Assembly: GCF_009914755.1 (NCBI RefSeq)
Contig: NC_060925.1
Length of the DNA: 64,000 bases
Origin: the human T2T-CHM13v2.0 reference genome, Homo sapiens
Reading direction: 5' to 3' (one strand)
Position 1 is the first letter of the stretch. Every line of letters begins with the position of its first letter. The notes beneath the pieces were generated by a model. The model worked only from the letters and a program-made list of their open reading frames with translations, was not told the origin of the DNA and made no database searches. Positions 11,978 through 26,600 of the stretch are shown here, piece by piece. The position numbers and the translations under genes are program-made.

Positions 11978-14699
11978 ATGGAATCGTCATCGAATGAATT
12001 GAATGCAATCATCGAATGGTCTCGAATGGAATCATCTTCTAATGGAAAGGAATGGAATCATAGCATAGAATCGAATGGAATTATCATCGAATGGAATCGA
12101 ATGGTATCAACACCAAACGGAAAAAAACGGAATTATCGAATGGAATCGAAGAGAATCTTCGAACGGACCCGAATGGAATCATCTAATGGAATGGAATGGA
12201 ATAATCCATGGACTCGAATGCAATCATCATCGAATGGAATCGACTGGAATCATCGAATGGACTCGAATGGAATAATCATTGAACGGAATCGAATGGAATC
12301 ATCATCGGATGGAAACGAATGGAATCATCATCGAATGGAAATGAAAGGAGTCATCATCTAATGGAATTGCATGGAATCATCATAAAATGGAATCGAATGG
12401 AATCAACATCAAATGGAATCAAATGGAATCATTGAACGGAATTGAATGGAATCGTCATCGAATGAATTGACTGCAATCATCGAATGGTCTCGAATGGAAT
12501 CATCTTCAAATGGAATGGAATGGAATCATCGCATAGAATCGAATGGAATTATCATCGAATGGAATCGAATGGAATCAACATCAAACGGAAAAAAACGGAA
12601 TTATCGAATGGAATCGAAGAGAATCATCGAATGGACCCGAATGGAATCATCTAATGGAATGGAATGGAATAATCCATGGACTCGAATGCAATCATCATCG
12701 AATGGAATCGAATGGAATCATCGAATGGACTCGAATGGAATAATCATTGAACGGAATCGAATGGAATCATCATCGGATGGAAATGAATGGAATCATCATC
12801 GAATGGAATCGAATAGAATTATGGAATGAAATCCAGTGTGATCATCATCGAATGGACCCGAATGGAATCATCATCCAACGGAAGCTAATGGAATCAACAT
12901 CGAATGAATCAAATGGAAACACCATCGAATTGAAACGAATGGAATTATCATGAAATTGAAATGGATGGACTCATCATCGAATGGATTCGAATGGAATCAT
13001 CGAATAAAATTGATTGAAATCATCATCCAATGGAATCGAATGGTATCATTGAATGGAATCGAATGGAATCATCATCAGATGGAAATGAATGGAATCGTCA
13101 TAGAATGGAATCGAATGGATTCATTGAATGGAATCAGATGGAATCATCGAATGGACTGGAATGGAATCATTGAATGGACTCGAAAGGGATCATTATTGAA
13201 TGGAATTGAATGGAATCATCGAATGGTCTCGATTGGAATCATTATCAAATGGAATCGAATGGAATCACCGAATAGAATCGAATGGAACAATCATCGAATG
13301 GACTCAAATGGAATTATCCTCCAATGGAATCGAATGGAATTATCGAATGCAATCGAATGGAATTATCGAATGCAATCGAATAGAATCATCGAATGGACTC
13401 GAATGGAATCATCGAATGGAATGGAATGGAACAGTCAATGAACTCGAATGGAATCATCATTGAATGGAATCGAATGGAATCATCGAGTGGAATCGAATGG
13501 AATTATGATCAAATGGAATCGAATGTAATCATCATCAAATGGAATCAAAAATAACCATCATCAATTGGTATTGAATGGAATTGTCATCAAATGGAATTCA
13601 AAGGAATCATCATCAAATGGAACCGAATGGAATCCTCATTGAATGGAAATGAAAGGGGTCATCATCTAATGGAATCGCATGGAATCATCATCAAATGGAA
13701 TCGAATGGAATCATCATCAAATGGAATCTAATGGAATCATTGAACAGAATTGAATGGAATCGTCATCGAATGAATTGAATGCAATCATCGAATGGTCTCG
13801 AATGGAATCATCTTCTAATGGAAAGGAATGGTATCATCGCATAGAATCGAATGGAATTATCATCGAATGGAATCGAATGGTATCAACACCAAACGGAAAA
13901 AAACGGAATTATCGAATGGAATCGAAGAGAATCTTCGAACGGACCCGAATGGAATCATCTAATGGAATGGAATGGAATAATCCATGGACTCGAATGCAAT
14001 CATCATCGAATGGAATCGAATGGAATCATCGAATGGACTCGAATGGAATAATCATTGAACGGAATCGAATGGAATCATCATCGGATGGAAATGAATGGAA
14101 TCATCATCGAATGGAAATGAAAGGAGTCATCATCTAATGGAATTGCATGGAATCATCATAAAATGGAATCGAATGGAATCAACATCAAATGGAATCAAAT
14201 GGAATCATTGAACGGAATTGAATGGAATCGTCATCGAATGAATTGACTGCAATCATCGAATGGTCTCGAATGGAATCATCTTCAAATGGAATGGAATGGA
14301 ATCATCGCATAGAATCGAATGGAATTATCATCGAATGGAATCGAATGGAATCAACATCAAACGGAAAAAAACGGAATTATCGAATGGAATCGAAGAGAAT
14401 CATCGAATGGACCCGAATGGAATCATCTAATGGAATGGAATGGAATAATCCATGGACTCGAATGCAATCATCATCGAATGGAATCGAATGGAATCATCGA
14501 ATGGACTCGAATGGAATAATCATTGAACGGAATCGAATGGAATCATCATCGGATGGAAATGAATGGAATCATCATCGAATGGAATCGAATAGAATTATGG
14601 AATGAAATCCAGTGTGATCATCATCGAATGGACCCGAATGGAATCATCATCCAACGGAAGCTAATGGAATCAACATCGAATGAATCGAATGGAAACACC

Positions 14700-17600
14700 A
14701 TCGAATTGAAACGAATGGAATTATCATGAAATTGAAATGGATGGACTCATCATCGAATGGATTCGAATGGAATCATCGAATAAAATTGATTGAAATCATC
14801 ATCGAATGGAATCGAATGGTATCATTGAATGGAATCGAATGGAATCATCATCAGATGGAAATGAATGGAATCGTCATAGAATGGAATCGAATGGATTCAT
14901 TGAATGGAATCAGATGGAATCATCGAATGGACTGGAATGGAATCATTGAATGGACTCGAAAGGGATCATGATTGAATGGAATTGAATGGAATCATCGAAT
15001 GGTCTCGATTGGAATCATTATCAAATGGAATCGAATGGAATCACCGAACAGAATCGAATGGAACAATCATCGAATGGACTCAAATGGAATTATCCTCCAA
15101 TGGAATCGAATGGAATTATCGAATGCAATCGAATGGAATTATCGAATGCAATCGAATAGAATCATCGAATGGACTCGAATGGAATCATCGAATGGAATGG
15201 AATGGAACAGTCAATGAACTCGAATGGAATCATCATTGAATGGAATCGAATGGAATCATCGAGTGGAATCGAATGGAATTATGATCAAATGGAATCGAAT
15301 GTAATCATCATCAAATGGAATCAAAAATAACCATCATCAATTGGTATTGAATGGAATTGTCATCAAATGGAATTCAAAGGAATCATCATCAAATGGAACC
15401 GAATGGAATCCTCATTGAATGGAAATGAAAGGGGTCATCATCTAATGGAATCGCATGGAATCATCATCAAATGGAATCGAATGGAATCATCATCAAATGG
15501 AATCTAATGGAATCATTGAACAGAATTGAATGGAATCGTCATCGAATGAATTGAATGCAATCATCGAATGGTCTCGAATGGAATCATCTTCTAATGGAAA
15601 GGAATGGAATCATCGCATAGAATCGAATGGAATTATCATCGAATGGAATCGAATGGTATCAACACCAAACGGAAAAAAACGGAATTATCGAATGGAATCG
15701 AAGAGAATCTTCGAACGGACCCGAATGGAATCATCTAATGGAATGGAATGGAATAATCCATGGACTCGAATGCAATCATCATCGAATGGAATGGAATGGA
15801 ATCATCGAATGGACTCGAATGGAATAATCATTGAACGGAATCGAATGGAATCATCATCGGATGGAAACGAATGGAATCATCATCGAATGGAAATGAAAGG
15901 AGTCATCATCTAATGGAATTGCATGGAATCATCATAAAATGGAATCGAAAGGAATCAACATCAAATGGAATCAAATGGAATCATTGAACGGAATTGAATG
16001 GAATCGTCCTCGAATGAATTGACTGCAATCATCCAATGGTCTCGAATGGAATCATCTTCAAATGGAATGGAATGGAATCATCGCATAGAATCGAATGGAA
16101 TTATCATCGAATGGAATCGAATGGAATCAACATCCAACGGAAAAAAACGGAATTATCGAATGGAATCGAAGAGAATCATCGAATGGACCCGAATGGAATC
16201 ATCTAATGGAATGGAATGGAATAATCCATGGACTCGAATGCAATCATCATCGAATGGAATCGAATGGAATCATCGAATGGACTCGAATGGAATAATCATT
16301 GAACGGAATCGAATGGAATCATCATCGGATGGAAATGAATGGAATCATCATCGAATGGAATCGAATAGAATTATGGAATGAAATCCAGTGTGATCATCAT
16401 CGAATGGACCCGAATGGAATCATCATCCAACGGAAGCTAATGGAATCAACATCGAATGAATCGAATGGAAACACCATCGAATTGAAACGAATGGAATTAT
16501 CATGAAATTGAAATGGATGGACTCATCATCGAATGGATTCGAATGGAATCATCGAATAAAATTGATTGAAATCATCATCCAATGGAATCGAATGGTATCA
16601 TTGAATGGAATCGAATGGAATCATCATCAGATGGAAATGAATGGAATCGTCATAGAATGGAATCGAATGGATTCATTGAATGGAATCAGATGGAATCATC
16701 GAATGGACTGGAATGGAATCATTGAATGGACTCGAAAGGGATCATGATTGAATGGAATTGAATGGAATCATCGAATGGTCTCGATTGGAATCATTATCAA
16801 ATGGAATCGAATGGAATCACCGAATAGAATCGAATGGAACAATCATCGAATGGACTCAAATGGAATTATCCTCCAATGGAATCGAATGGAATTATCGAAT
16901 GCAATCGAATGGAATTATCGAATGCAATCGAATAGAATCATCGAATGGACTCGAATGGAATCATCGAATGGAATGGAATGGAACAGTCAATGAACTCGAA
17001 TGGAATCATCATTGAATGGAATCGAATGGAATCATCGAGTGGAATCGAATGGAATTATGATCAAATGGAATCGAATGTAATCATCATCAAATGGAATCAA
17101 AAATAACCATCATCAATTGGTATTGAATGGAATTGTCATCAAATGGAATTCAAAGGAATCATCATCAAATGGAACCGAATGGAATCCTCATTGAATGGAA
17201 ATGAAAGGGGTCATCATCTAATGGAATCGCATGGAATCATCATCAAATGGAATCGAATGGAATCATCATCAAATGGAATCTAATGGAATCATTGAACAGA
17301 ATTGAATGGAATCGTCATCGAATGAATTGAATGCAATCATCGAATGGTCTCGAATGGAATCATCTTCTAATGGAAAGGAATGGAATCATCGCATAGAATC
17401 GAATGGAATTATCATCGAATGGAATCGAATGGTATCAACACCAAACGGAAAAAAACGGAATTATCGAATGGAATCGAAGAGAATCTTCGAACGGACCCGA
17501 ATGGAATCATCTAATGGAATGGAATGGAATAATCCATGGACTCGAATGCAATCATCATCGAATGGAATCGAATGGAATCATCGAATGGACTCGAATGGAA

Positions 17601-20600
17601 TAATCATTGAACGGAATCGATTGGAATCATCATCGGATGGAAACGAATGGAATCATCATCGAATGGAAATGAAAGGAGTCATCATCTAATGGAATTGCAT
17701 GGAATCATCATAAAATGGAATCGAATGGAATCAACATCAAATGGAATCAAATGGAATCATTGAACGGAATTGAATGGAATCGTCATCGAATGAATTGAGT
17801 GCAATCATCGAATGGTCTCGAATGGAATCATCTTCAAATGGAATGGAATGGAATCATCGCATAGAATCGAATGGAATTATCATCGAATGGAATCGAATGG
17901 AATCAACATCCAACGGAAAAAAACGGAATTATCGAATGGAATCGAAGAGAATCATCGAATGGACCCGAATGGAATCATCTAATGGAATGGAATGGAATAA
18001 TCCATGGACTCGAATGCAATCATCATCGAATGGAATCGAATGGAATCATCGAATGGACTCGAATGGAATAATCATTGAACGGAATCGAATGGAATCATCA
18101 TCGGATGGAAATGAATGGAATCATCATCGAATGGAATCGAATAGAATTATGGAATGAAATCCAGTGTGATCATCATCGAATGGACCCGAATGGAATCATC
18201 ATCCAACGGAAGCTAATGGAATCAACATCGAATGAATCAAATGGAAACACCATCGAATTGAAACGAATGGAATTATCATGAAATTGAAATGGATGGACTC
18301 ATCATCGAATGGATTCGAATGGAATCATCGAATAAAATTGATTGAAATCATCATCGAATGGAATCGAATGGTATCATTGAATGGAATCGAATGGAATCAT
18401 CATCAGATGGAAATGAATGGAATCGTCATAGAATGGAATCGAATGGATTCATTGAATGGAATCAGATGGAATCATCGAATGGACTGGAATGGAATCATTG
18501 AATGGACTCGAAAGGGATCATGATTGAATGGAATTGAATGGAATCATCGAATGGTCTCGATTGGAATCATTATCAAATGGAATCGAATGGAATCACCGAA
18601 TAGAATCGAATGGAACAATCATCGAATGGACTCAAATGGAATTATCCTCAAATGGAATCGAATGGAATTATCGAATGCAATCGAATGGAATTATCGAATG
18701 CAATCGAATAGAATCATCGAATGGACTCGAATGGAATCATCGAATGGAATCGAATGGAATGGAACAGTCAATGAACTCGAATGGAATCATCATTGAATGG
18801 AATCGAATGGAATCATCGAGTAGAATCGAATGGAATTATGATCAAATGGAATCGAATGTAATCATCATCAAATGGAATCAAAAATAACCATCATCAATTG
18901 GTATTGAATGGAATTGTCATCAAATGGAATTCAAAGGAATCATCATCAAATGGAACCGAATGGAATCCTCATTGAATGGAAATGAAAGGGGTCATCATCT
19001 AATGGAATCGCATGGAATCATCATCAAATGGAATCGAATGGAATCATCATCAAATGGAATCTAATGGAATCATTGAACAGAATTGAATGGAATCGTCATC
19101 GAATGAATTGAATGCAATCATCGAATGGTCTCGAATGGAATCATCTTCTAATGGAAAGGAATGGAATCATCGCATAGAATCGAATGGAATTATCATCGAA
19201 TGGAATCGAATGGTATCAACACCAAACGGAAAAAAACGGAATTATCGAATGGAATCGAAGAGAATCTTCGAACGGACCCGAATGGAATCATCTAATGGAA
19301 TGGAATGGAATAATCCATGGACTCGAATGCAATCATCATCGAATGGAATCGAATGGAATCATCGAATGGACTCGAATGGAATAATCATTGAACGGAATCG
19401 ATTGGAATCATCATCGGATGGAAACGAATGGAATCATCATCGAATGGAAATGAAAGGAGTCATCATCTAATGGAATTGCATGGAATCATCATAAAATGGA
19501 ATCGAATGGAATCAACATCAAATGGAATCAAATGGAATCATTGAACGGAATTGAATGGAATCGTCATCGAATGAATTGAGTGCAATCATCGAATGGTGTC
19601 GAATGGAATCATCTTCAAATGGAATGGAATGGAATCATCGCATAGAATCGAATGGAATTATCATCGAATGGAATCGAATGGAATCAACATCCAACGGAAA
19701 AAAACGGAATTATCGAATGGAATCGAAGAGAATCATCGAATGGACCCGAATGGAATCATCTAATGGAATGGAATGGAATAATCCATGGACTCGAATGCAA
19801 TCATCATCGAATGGAATCGAATGGAATCATCGAATGGACTCGAATGGAATAATCATTGAACGGAATCGAATGGAATCATCATCGGATGGAAATGAATGGA
19901 ATCATCATCGAATGGAATCGAATAGAATTATGGAATGAAATCCAGTGTGATCATCATCGAATGGACCCGAATGGAATCATCATCCAACGGAAGCTAATGG
20001 AATCAACATCGAATGAATCAAATGGAAACACCATCGAATTGAAACGAATGGAATTATCATGAAATTGAAATGGATGGACTCATCATCGAATGGATTCGAA
20101 TGGAATCATCGAATAAAATTGATTGAAATCATCATCGAATGGAATCGAATGGTATCATTGAATGGAATCGAATGGAATCATCATCAGATGGAAATGAATG
20201 GAATCGTCATAGAATGGAATCGAATGGATTCATTGAATGGAATCAGATGGAATCATCGAATGGACTGGAATGGAATCATTGAATGGACTCGAAAGGGATC
20301 ATGATTGAATGGAATTGAATGGAATCATCGAATGGTCTCGATTGGAATCATTATCAAATGGAATCGAATGGAATCACCGAACAGAATCGAATGGAACAAT
20401 CATCGAATGGACTCAAATGGAATTATCCTCCAATGGAATCGAATGGAATTATCGAATGCAATCGAATGGAATTATCGAATGCAATCGAATAGAATCATCG
20501 AATGGACTCGAATGGAATCATCGAATGGAATGGAATGGAACAGTCAATGAACTCGAATGGAATCATCATTGAATGGAATCGAATGGAATCATCGAGTGGA

Positions 20601-23600
20601 ATCGAATGGAATTATGATCAAATGGAATCGAATGTAATCATCATCAAATGGAATCAAAAATAACCATCATCAATTGGTATTGAATGGAATTGTCATCAAA
20701 TGGAATTCAAAGGAATCATCATCAAATGGAACCGAATGGAATCCTCATTGAATGGAAATGAAAGGGGTCATCATCTAATGGAATCGCATGGAATCATCAT
20801 CAAATGGAATCGAATGGAATCATCATCAAATGGAATCTAATGGAATCATTGAACAGAATTGAATGGAATCGTCATCGAATGAATTGAATGCAATCATCGA
20901 ATGGTCTCGAATGGAATCATCTTCTAATGGAAAGGAATGGAATCATCGCATAGAATCGAATGGAATTATCATCGAATGGAATCGAATGGTATCAACACCA
21001 AACGGAAAAAAACGGAATTATCGAATGGAATCGAAGAGAATCTTCGAACGGACCCGAATGGAATCATCTAATGGAATGGAATGGAATAATCCATGGACTC
21101 GAATGCAATCATCATCGAATGGAATGGAATGGAATCATCGAATGGACTCGAATGGAATAATCATTGAACGGAATCGAATGGAATCATCATCGGATGGAAA
21201 CGAATGGAATCATCATCGAATGGAAATGAAAGGAGTCATCATCTAATGGAATTGCATGGAATCATCATAAAATGGAATCGAAAGGAATCAACATCAAATG
21301 GAATCAAATGGAATCATTGAACGGAATTGAATGGAATCGTCCTCGAATGAATTGACTGCAATCATCCAATGGTCTCGAATGGAATCATCTTCAAATGGAA
21401 TGGAATGGAATCATCGCATAGAATCGAATGGAATTATCATCGAATGGAATCGAATGGAATCAACATCCAACGGAAAAAAACGGAATTATCGAATGGAATC
21501 GAAGAGAATCATCGAATGGACCCGAATGGAATCATCTAATGGAATGGAATGGAATAATCCATGGACTCGAATGCAATCATCATCGAATGGAATCGAATGG
21601 AATCATCGAATGGACTCGAATGGAATAATCATTGAACGGAATCGAATGGAATCATCATCGGATGGAAATGAATGGAATCATCATCGAATGGAATCGAATA
21701 GAATTATGGAATGAAATCCAGTGTGATCATCATCGAATGGACCCGAATGGAATCATCATCCAACGGAAGCTAATGGAATCAACATCGAATGAATCGAATG
21801 GAAACACCATCGAATTGAAACGAATGGAATTATCATGAAATTGAAATGGATGGACTCATCATCGAATGGATTCGAATGGAATCATCGAATAAAATTGATT
21901 GAAATCATCATCCAATGGAATCGAATGGTATCATTGAATGGAATCGAATGGAATCATCATCAGATGGAAATGAATGGAATCGTCATAGAATGGAATCGAA
22001 TGGATTCATTGAATGGAATCAGATGGAATCATCGAATGGACTGGAATGGAATCATTGAATGGACTCGAAAGGGATCATGATTGAATGGAATTGAATGGAA
22101 TCATCGAATGGTCTCGATTGGAATCATTATCAAATGGAATCGAATGGAATCACCGAATAGAATCGAATGGAACAATCATCGAATGGACTCAAATGGAATT
22201 ATCCTCCAATGGAATCGAATGGAATTATCGAATGCAATCGAATGGAATTATCGAATGCAATCGAATAGAATCATCGAATGGACTCGAATGGAATCATCGA
22301 ATGGAATGGAATGGAACAGTCAATGAACTCGAATGGAATCATCATTGAATGGAATCGAATGGAATCATCGAGTGGAATCGAATGGAATTATGATCAAATG
22401 GAATCGAATGTAATCATCATCAAATGGAATCAAAAATAACCATCATCAATTGGTATTGAATGGAATTGTCATCAAATGGAATTCAAAGGAATCATCATCA
22501 AATGGAACCGAATGGAATCCTCATTGAATGGAAATGAAAGGGGTCATCATCTAATGGAATCGCATGGAATCATCATCAAATGGAATCGAATGGAATCATC
22601 ATCAAATGGAATCTAATGGAATCATTGAACAGAATTGAATGGAATCGTCATCGAATGAATTGAATGCAATCATCGAATGGTCTCGAATGGAATCATCTTC
22701 TAATGGAAAGGAATGGAATCATCGCATAGAATCGAATGGAATTATCATCGAATGGAATCGAATGGTATCAACACCAAACGGAAAAAAACGGAATTATCGA
22801 ATGGAATCGAAGAGAATCTTCGAACGGACCCGAATGGAATCATCTAATGGAATGGAATGGAATAATCCATGGACTCGAATGCAATCATCATCGAATGGAA
22901 TCGAATGGAATCATCGAATGGACTCGAATGGAATAATCATTGAACGGAATCGATTGGAATCATCATCGGATGGAAACGAATGGAATCATCATCGAATGGA
23001 AATGAAAGGAGTCATCATCTAATGGAATTGCATGGAATCATCATAAAATGGAATCGAATGGAATCAACATCAAATGGAATCAAATGGAATCATTGAACGG
23101 AATTGAATGGAATCGTCATCGAATGAATTGAGTGCAATCATCGAATGGTCTCGAATGGAATCATCTTCAAATGGAATGGAATGGAATCATCGCATAGAAT
23201 CGAATGGAATTATCATCGAATGGAATCGAATGGAATCAACATCCAACGGAAAAAAACGGAATTATCGAATGGAATCGAAGAGAATCATCGAATGGACCCG
23301 AATGGAATCATCTAATGGAATGGAATGGAATAATCCATGGACTCGAATGCAATCATCATCGAATGGAATCGAATGGAATCATCGAATGGACTCGAATGGA
23401 ATAATCATTGAACGGAATCGAATGGAATCATCATCGGATGGAAATGAATGGAATCATCATCGAATGGAATCGAATAGAATTATGGAATGAAATCCAGTGT
23501 GATCATCATCGAATGGACCCGAATGGAATCATCATCCAACGGAAGCTAATGGAATCAACATCGAATGAATCAAATGGAAACACCATCGAATTGAAACGAA

Positions 23601-26600
23601 TGGAATTATCATGAAATTGAAATGGATGGACTCATCATCGAATGGATTCGAATGGAATCATCGAATAAAATTGATTGAAATCATCATCGAATGGAATCGA
23701 ATGGTATCATTGAATGGAATCGAATGGAATCATCATCAGATGGAAATGAATGGAATCGTCATAGAATGGAATCGAATGGATTCATTGAATGGAATCAGAT
23801 GGAATCATCGAATGGACTGGAATGGAATCATTGAATGGACTCGAAAGGGATCATGATTGAATGGAATTGAATGGAATCATCGAATGGTCTCGATTGGAAT
23901 CATTATCAAATGGAATCGAATGGAATCACCGAACAGAATCGAATGGAACAATCATCGAATGGACTCAAATGGAATTATCCTCCAATGGAATCGAATGGAA
24001 TTATCGAATGCAATCGAATGGAATTATCGAATGCAATCGAATAGAATCATCGAATGGACTCGAATGGAATCATCGAATGGAATGGAATGGAACAGTCAAT
24101 GAACTCGAATGGAATCATCATTGAATGGAATCGAATGGAATCATCGAGTGGAATCGAATGGAATTATGATCAAATGGAATCGAATGTAATCATCATCAAA
24201 TGGAATCAAAAATAACCATCATCAATTGCTATTGAATGGAATTGTCATCAAATGGAATTCAAAGGAATCATCATCAAATGGAACCGAATGGAATCCTCAT
24301 TGAATGGAAATGAAAGGGGTCATCATCTAATGGAATCGCATGGAATCATCATCAAATGGAATCGAATGGAATCATCATCAAATGGAATCTAATGGAATCA
24401 TTGAACAGAATTGAATGGAATCGTCATCGAATGAATTGAATGCAATCATCGAATGGTCTCGAATGGAATCATCTTCTAATGGAAAGGAATGGAATCATCG
24501 CATAGAATCGAATGGAATTATCATCGAATGGAATCGAATGGTATCAACACCAAACGGAAAAAAACGGAATTATCGAATGGAATCGAAGAGAATCTTCGAA
24601 CGGACCCGAATGGAATCATCTAATGGAATGGAATGGAATAATCCATGGACTCGAATGCAATCATCATCGAATGGAATGGAATGGAATCATCGAATGGACT
24701 CGAATGGAATAATCATTGAACGGAATCGAATGGAATCATCATCGGATGGAAACGAATGGAATCATCATCGAATGGAAATGAAAGGAGTCATCATCTAATG
24801 GAATTGCATGGAATCATCATAAAATGGAATCGAAAGGAATCAACATCAAATGGAATCAAATGGAATCATTGAACGGAATTGAATGGAATCGTCCTCGAAT
24901 GAATTGACTGCAATCATCCAATGGTCTCGAATGGAATCATCTTCAAATGGAATGGAATGGAATCATCGCATAGAATCGAATGGAATTATCATCGAATGGA
25001 ATCGAATGGAATCAACATCCAACGGAAAAAAACGGAATTATCGAATGGAATCGAAGAGAATCATCGAATGGACCCGAATGGAATCATCTAATGGAATGGA
25101 ATGGAATAATCCATGGACTCGAATGCAATCATCATCGAATGGAATCGAATGGAATCATCGAATGGACTCGAATGGAATAATCATTGAACGGAATCGAATG
25201 GAATCATCATCGGATGGAAATGAATGGAATCATCATCGAATGGAATCGAATAGAATTATGGAATGAAATCCAGTGTGATCATCATCGAATGGACCCGAAT
25301 GGAATCATCATCCAACGGAAGCTAATGGAATCAACATCGAATGAATCGAATGGAAACACCATCGAATTGAAACGAATGGAATTATCATGAAATTGAAATG
25401 GATGGACTCATCATCGAATGGATTCGAATGGAATCATCGAATAAAATTGATTGAAATCATCATCCAATGGAATCGAATGGTATCATTGAATGGAATCGAA
25501 TGGAATCATCATCAGATGGAAATGAATGGAATCGTCATAGAATGGAATCGAATGGATTCATTGAATGGAATCAGATGGAATCATCGAATGGACTGGAATG
25601 GAATCATTGAATGGACTCGAAAGGGATCATGATTGAATGGAATTGAATGGAATCATCGAATGGTCTCGATTGGAATCATTATCAAATGGAATCGAATGGA
25701 ATCACCGAATAGAATCGAATGGAACAATCATCGAATGGACTCAAATGGAATTATCCTCCAATGGAATCGAATGGAATTATCGAATGCAATCGAATGGAAT
25801 TATCGAATGCAATCGAATAGAATCATCGAATGGACTCGAATGGAATCATCGAATGGAATGGAATGGAACAGTCAATGAACTCGAATGGAATCATCATTGA
25901 ATGGAATCGAATGGAATCATCGAGTGGAATCGAATGGAATTATGATCAAATGGAATCGAATGTAATCATCATCAAATGGAATCAAAAATAACCATCATCA
26001 ATTGGTATTGAATGGAATTGTCATCAAATGGAATTCAAAGGAATCATCATCAAATGGAACCGAATGGAATCCTCATTGAATGGAAATGAAAGGGGTCATC
26101 ATCTAATGGAATCGCATGGAATCATCATCAAATGGAATCGAATGGAATCATCATCAAATGGAATCTAATGGAATCATTGAACAGAATTGAATGGAATCGT
26201 CATCGAATGAATTGAATGCAATCATCGAATGGTCTCGAATGGAATCATCTTCTAATGGAAAGGAATGGAATCATCGCATAGAATCGAATGGAATTATCAT
26301 CGAATGGAATCGAATGGTATCAACACCAAACGGAAAAAAACGGAATTATCGAATGGAATCGAAGAGAATCTTCGAACGGACCCGAATGGAATCATCTAAT
26401 GGAATGGAATGGAATAATCCATGGACTCGAATGCAATCATCATCGAATGGAATCGAATGGAATCATCGAATGGACTCGAATGGAATAATCATTGAACGGA
26501 ATCGATTGGAATCATCATCGGATGGAAACGAATGGAATCATCATCGAATGGAAATGAAAGGAGTCATCATCTAATGGAATTGCATGGAATCATCATAAAA

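Larger units (their letters stand above)
1..12900 (+). repeat. Left haplotype domain with 8412-bp (and 4860/3552-bp) super-periodicity
   Basis: 482/8894, 2258/10670 and 3566/11978 are each 8412 apart with matching SNVs. The 152-aa ORF variant occurs at 407, 5267 and 8819. Confidence 0.85.

Noticed and set aside
12950-13441. Longest 163-aa ORF class
   Set aside because: It arises from a single TGA>TTA substitution joining two satellite ORFs, so it is useful only as a haplotype marker.
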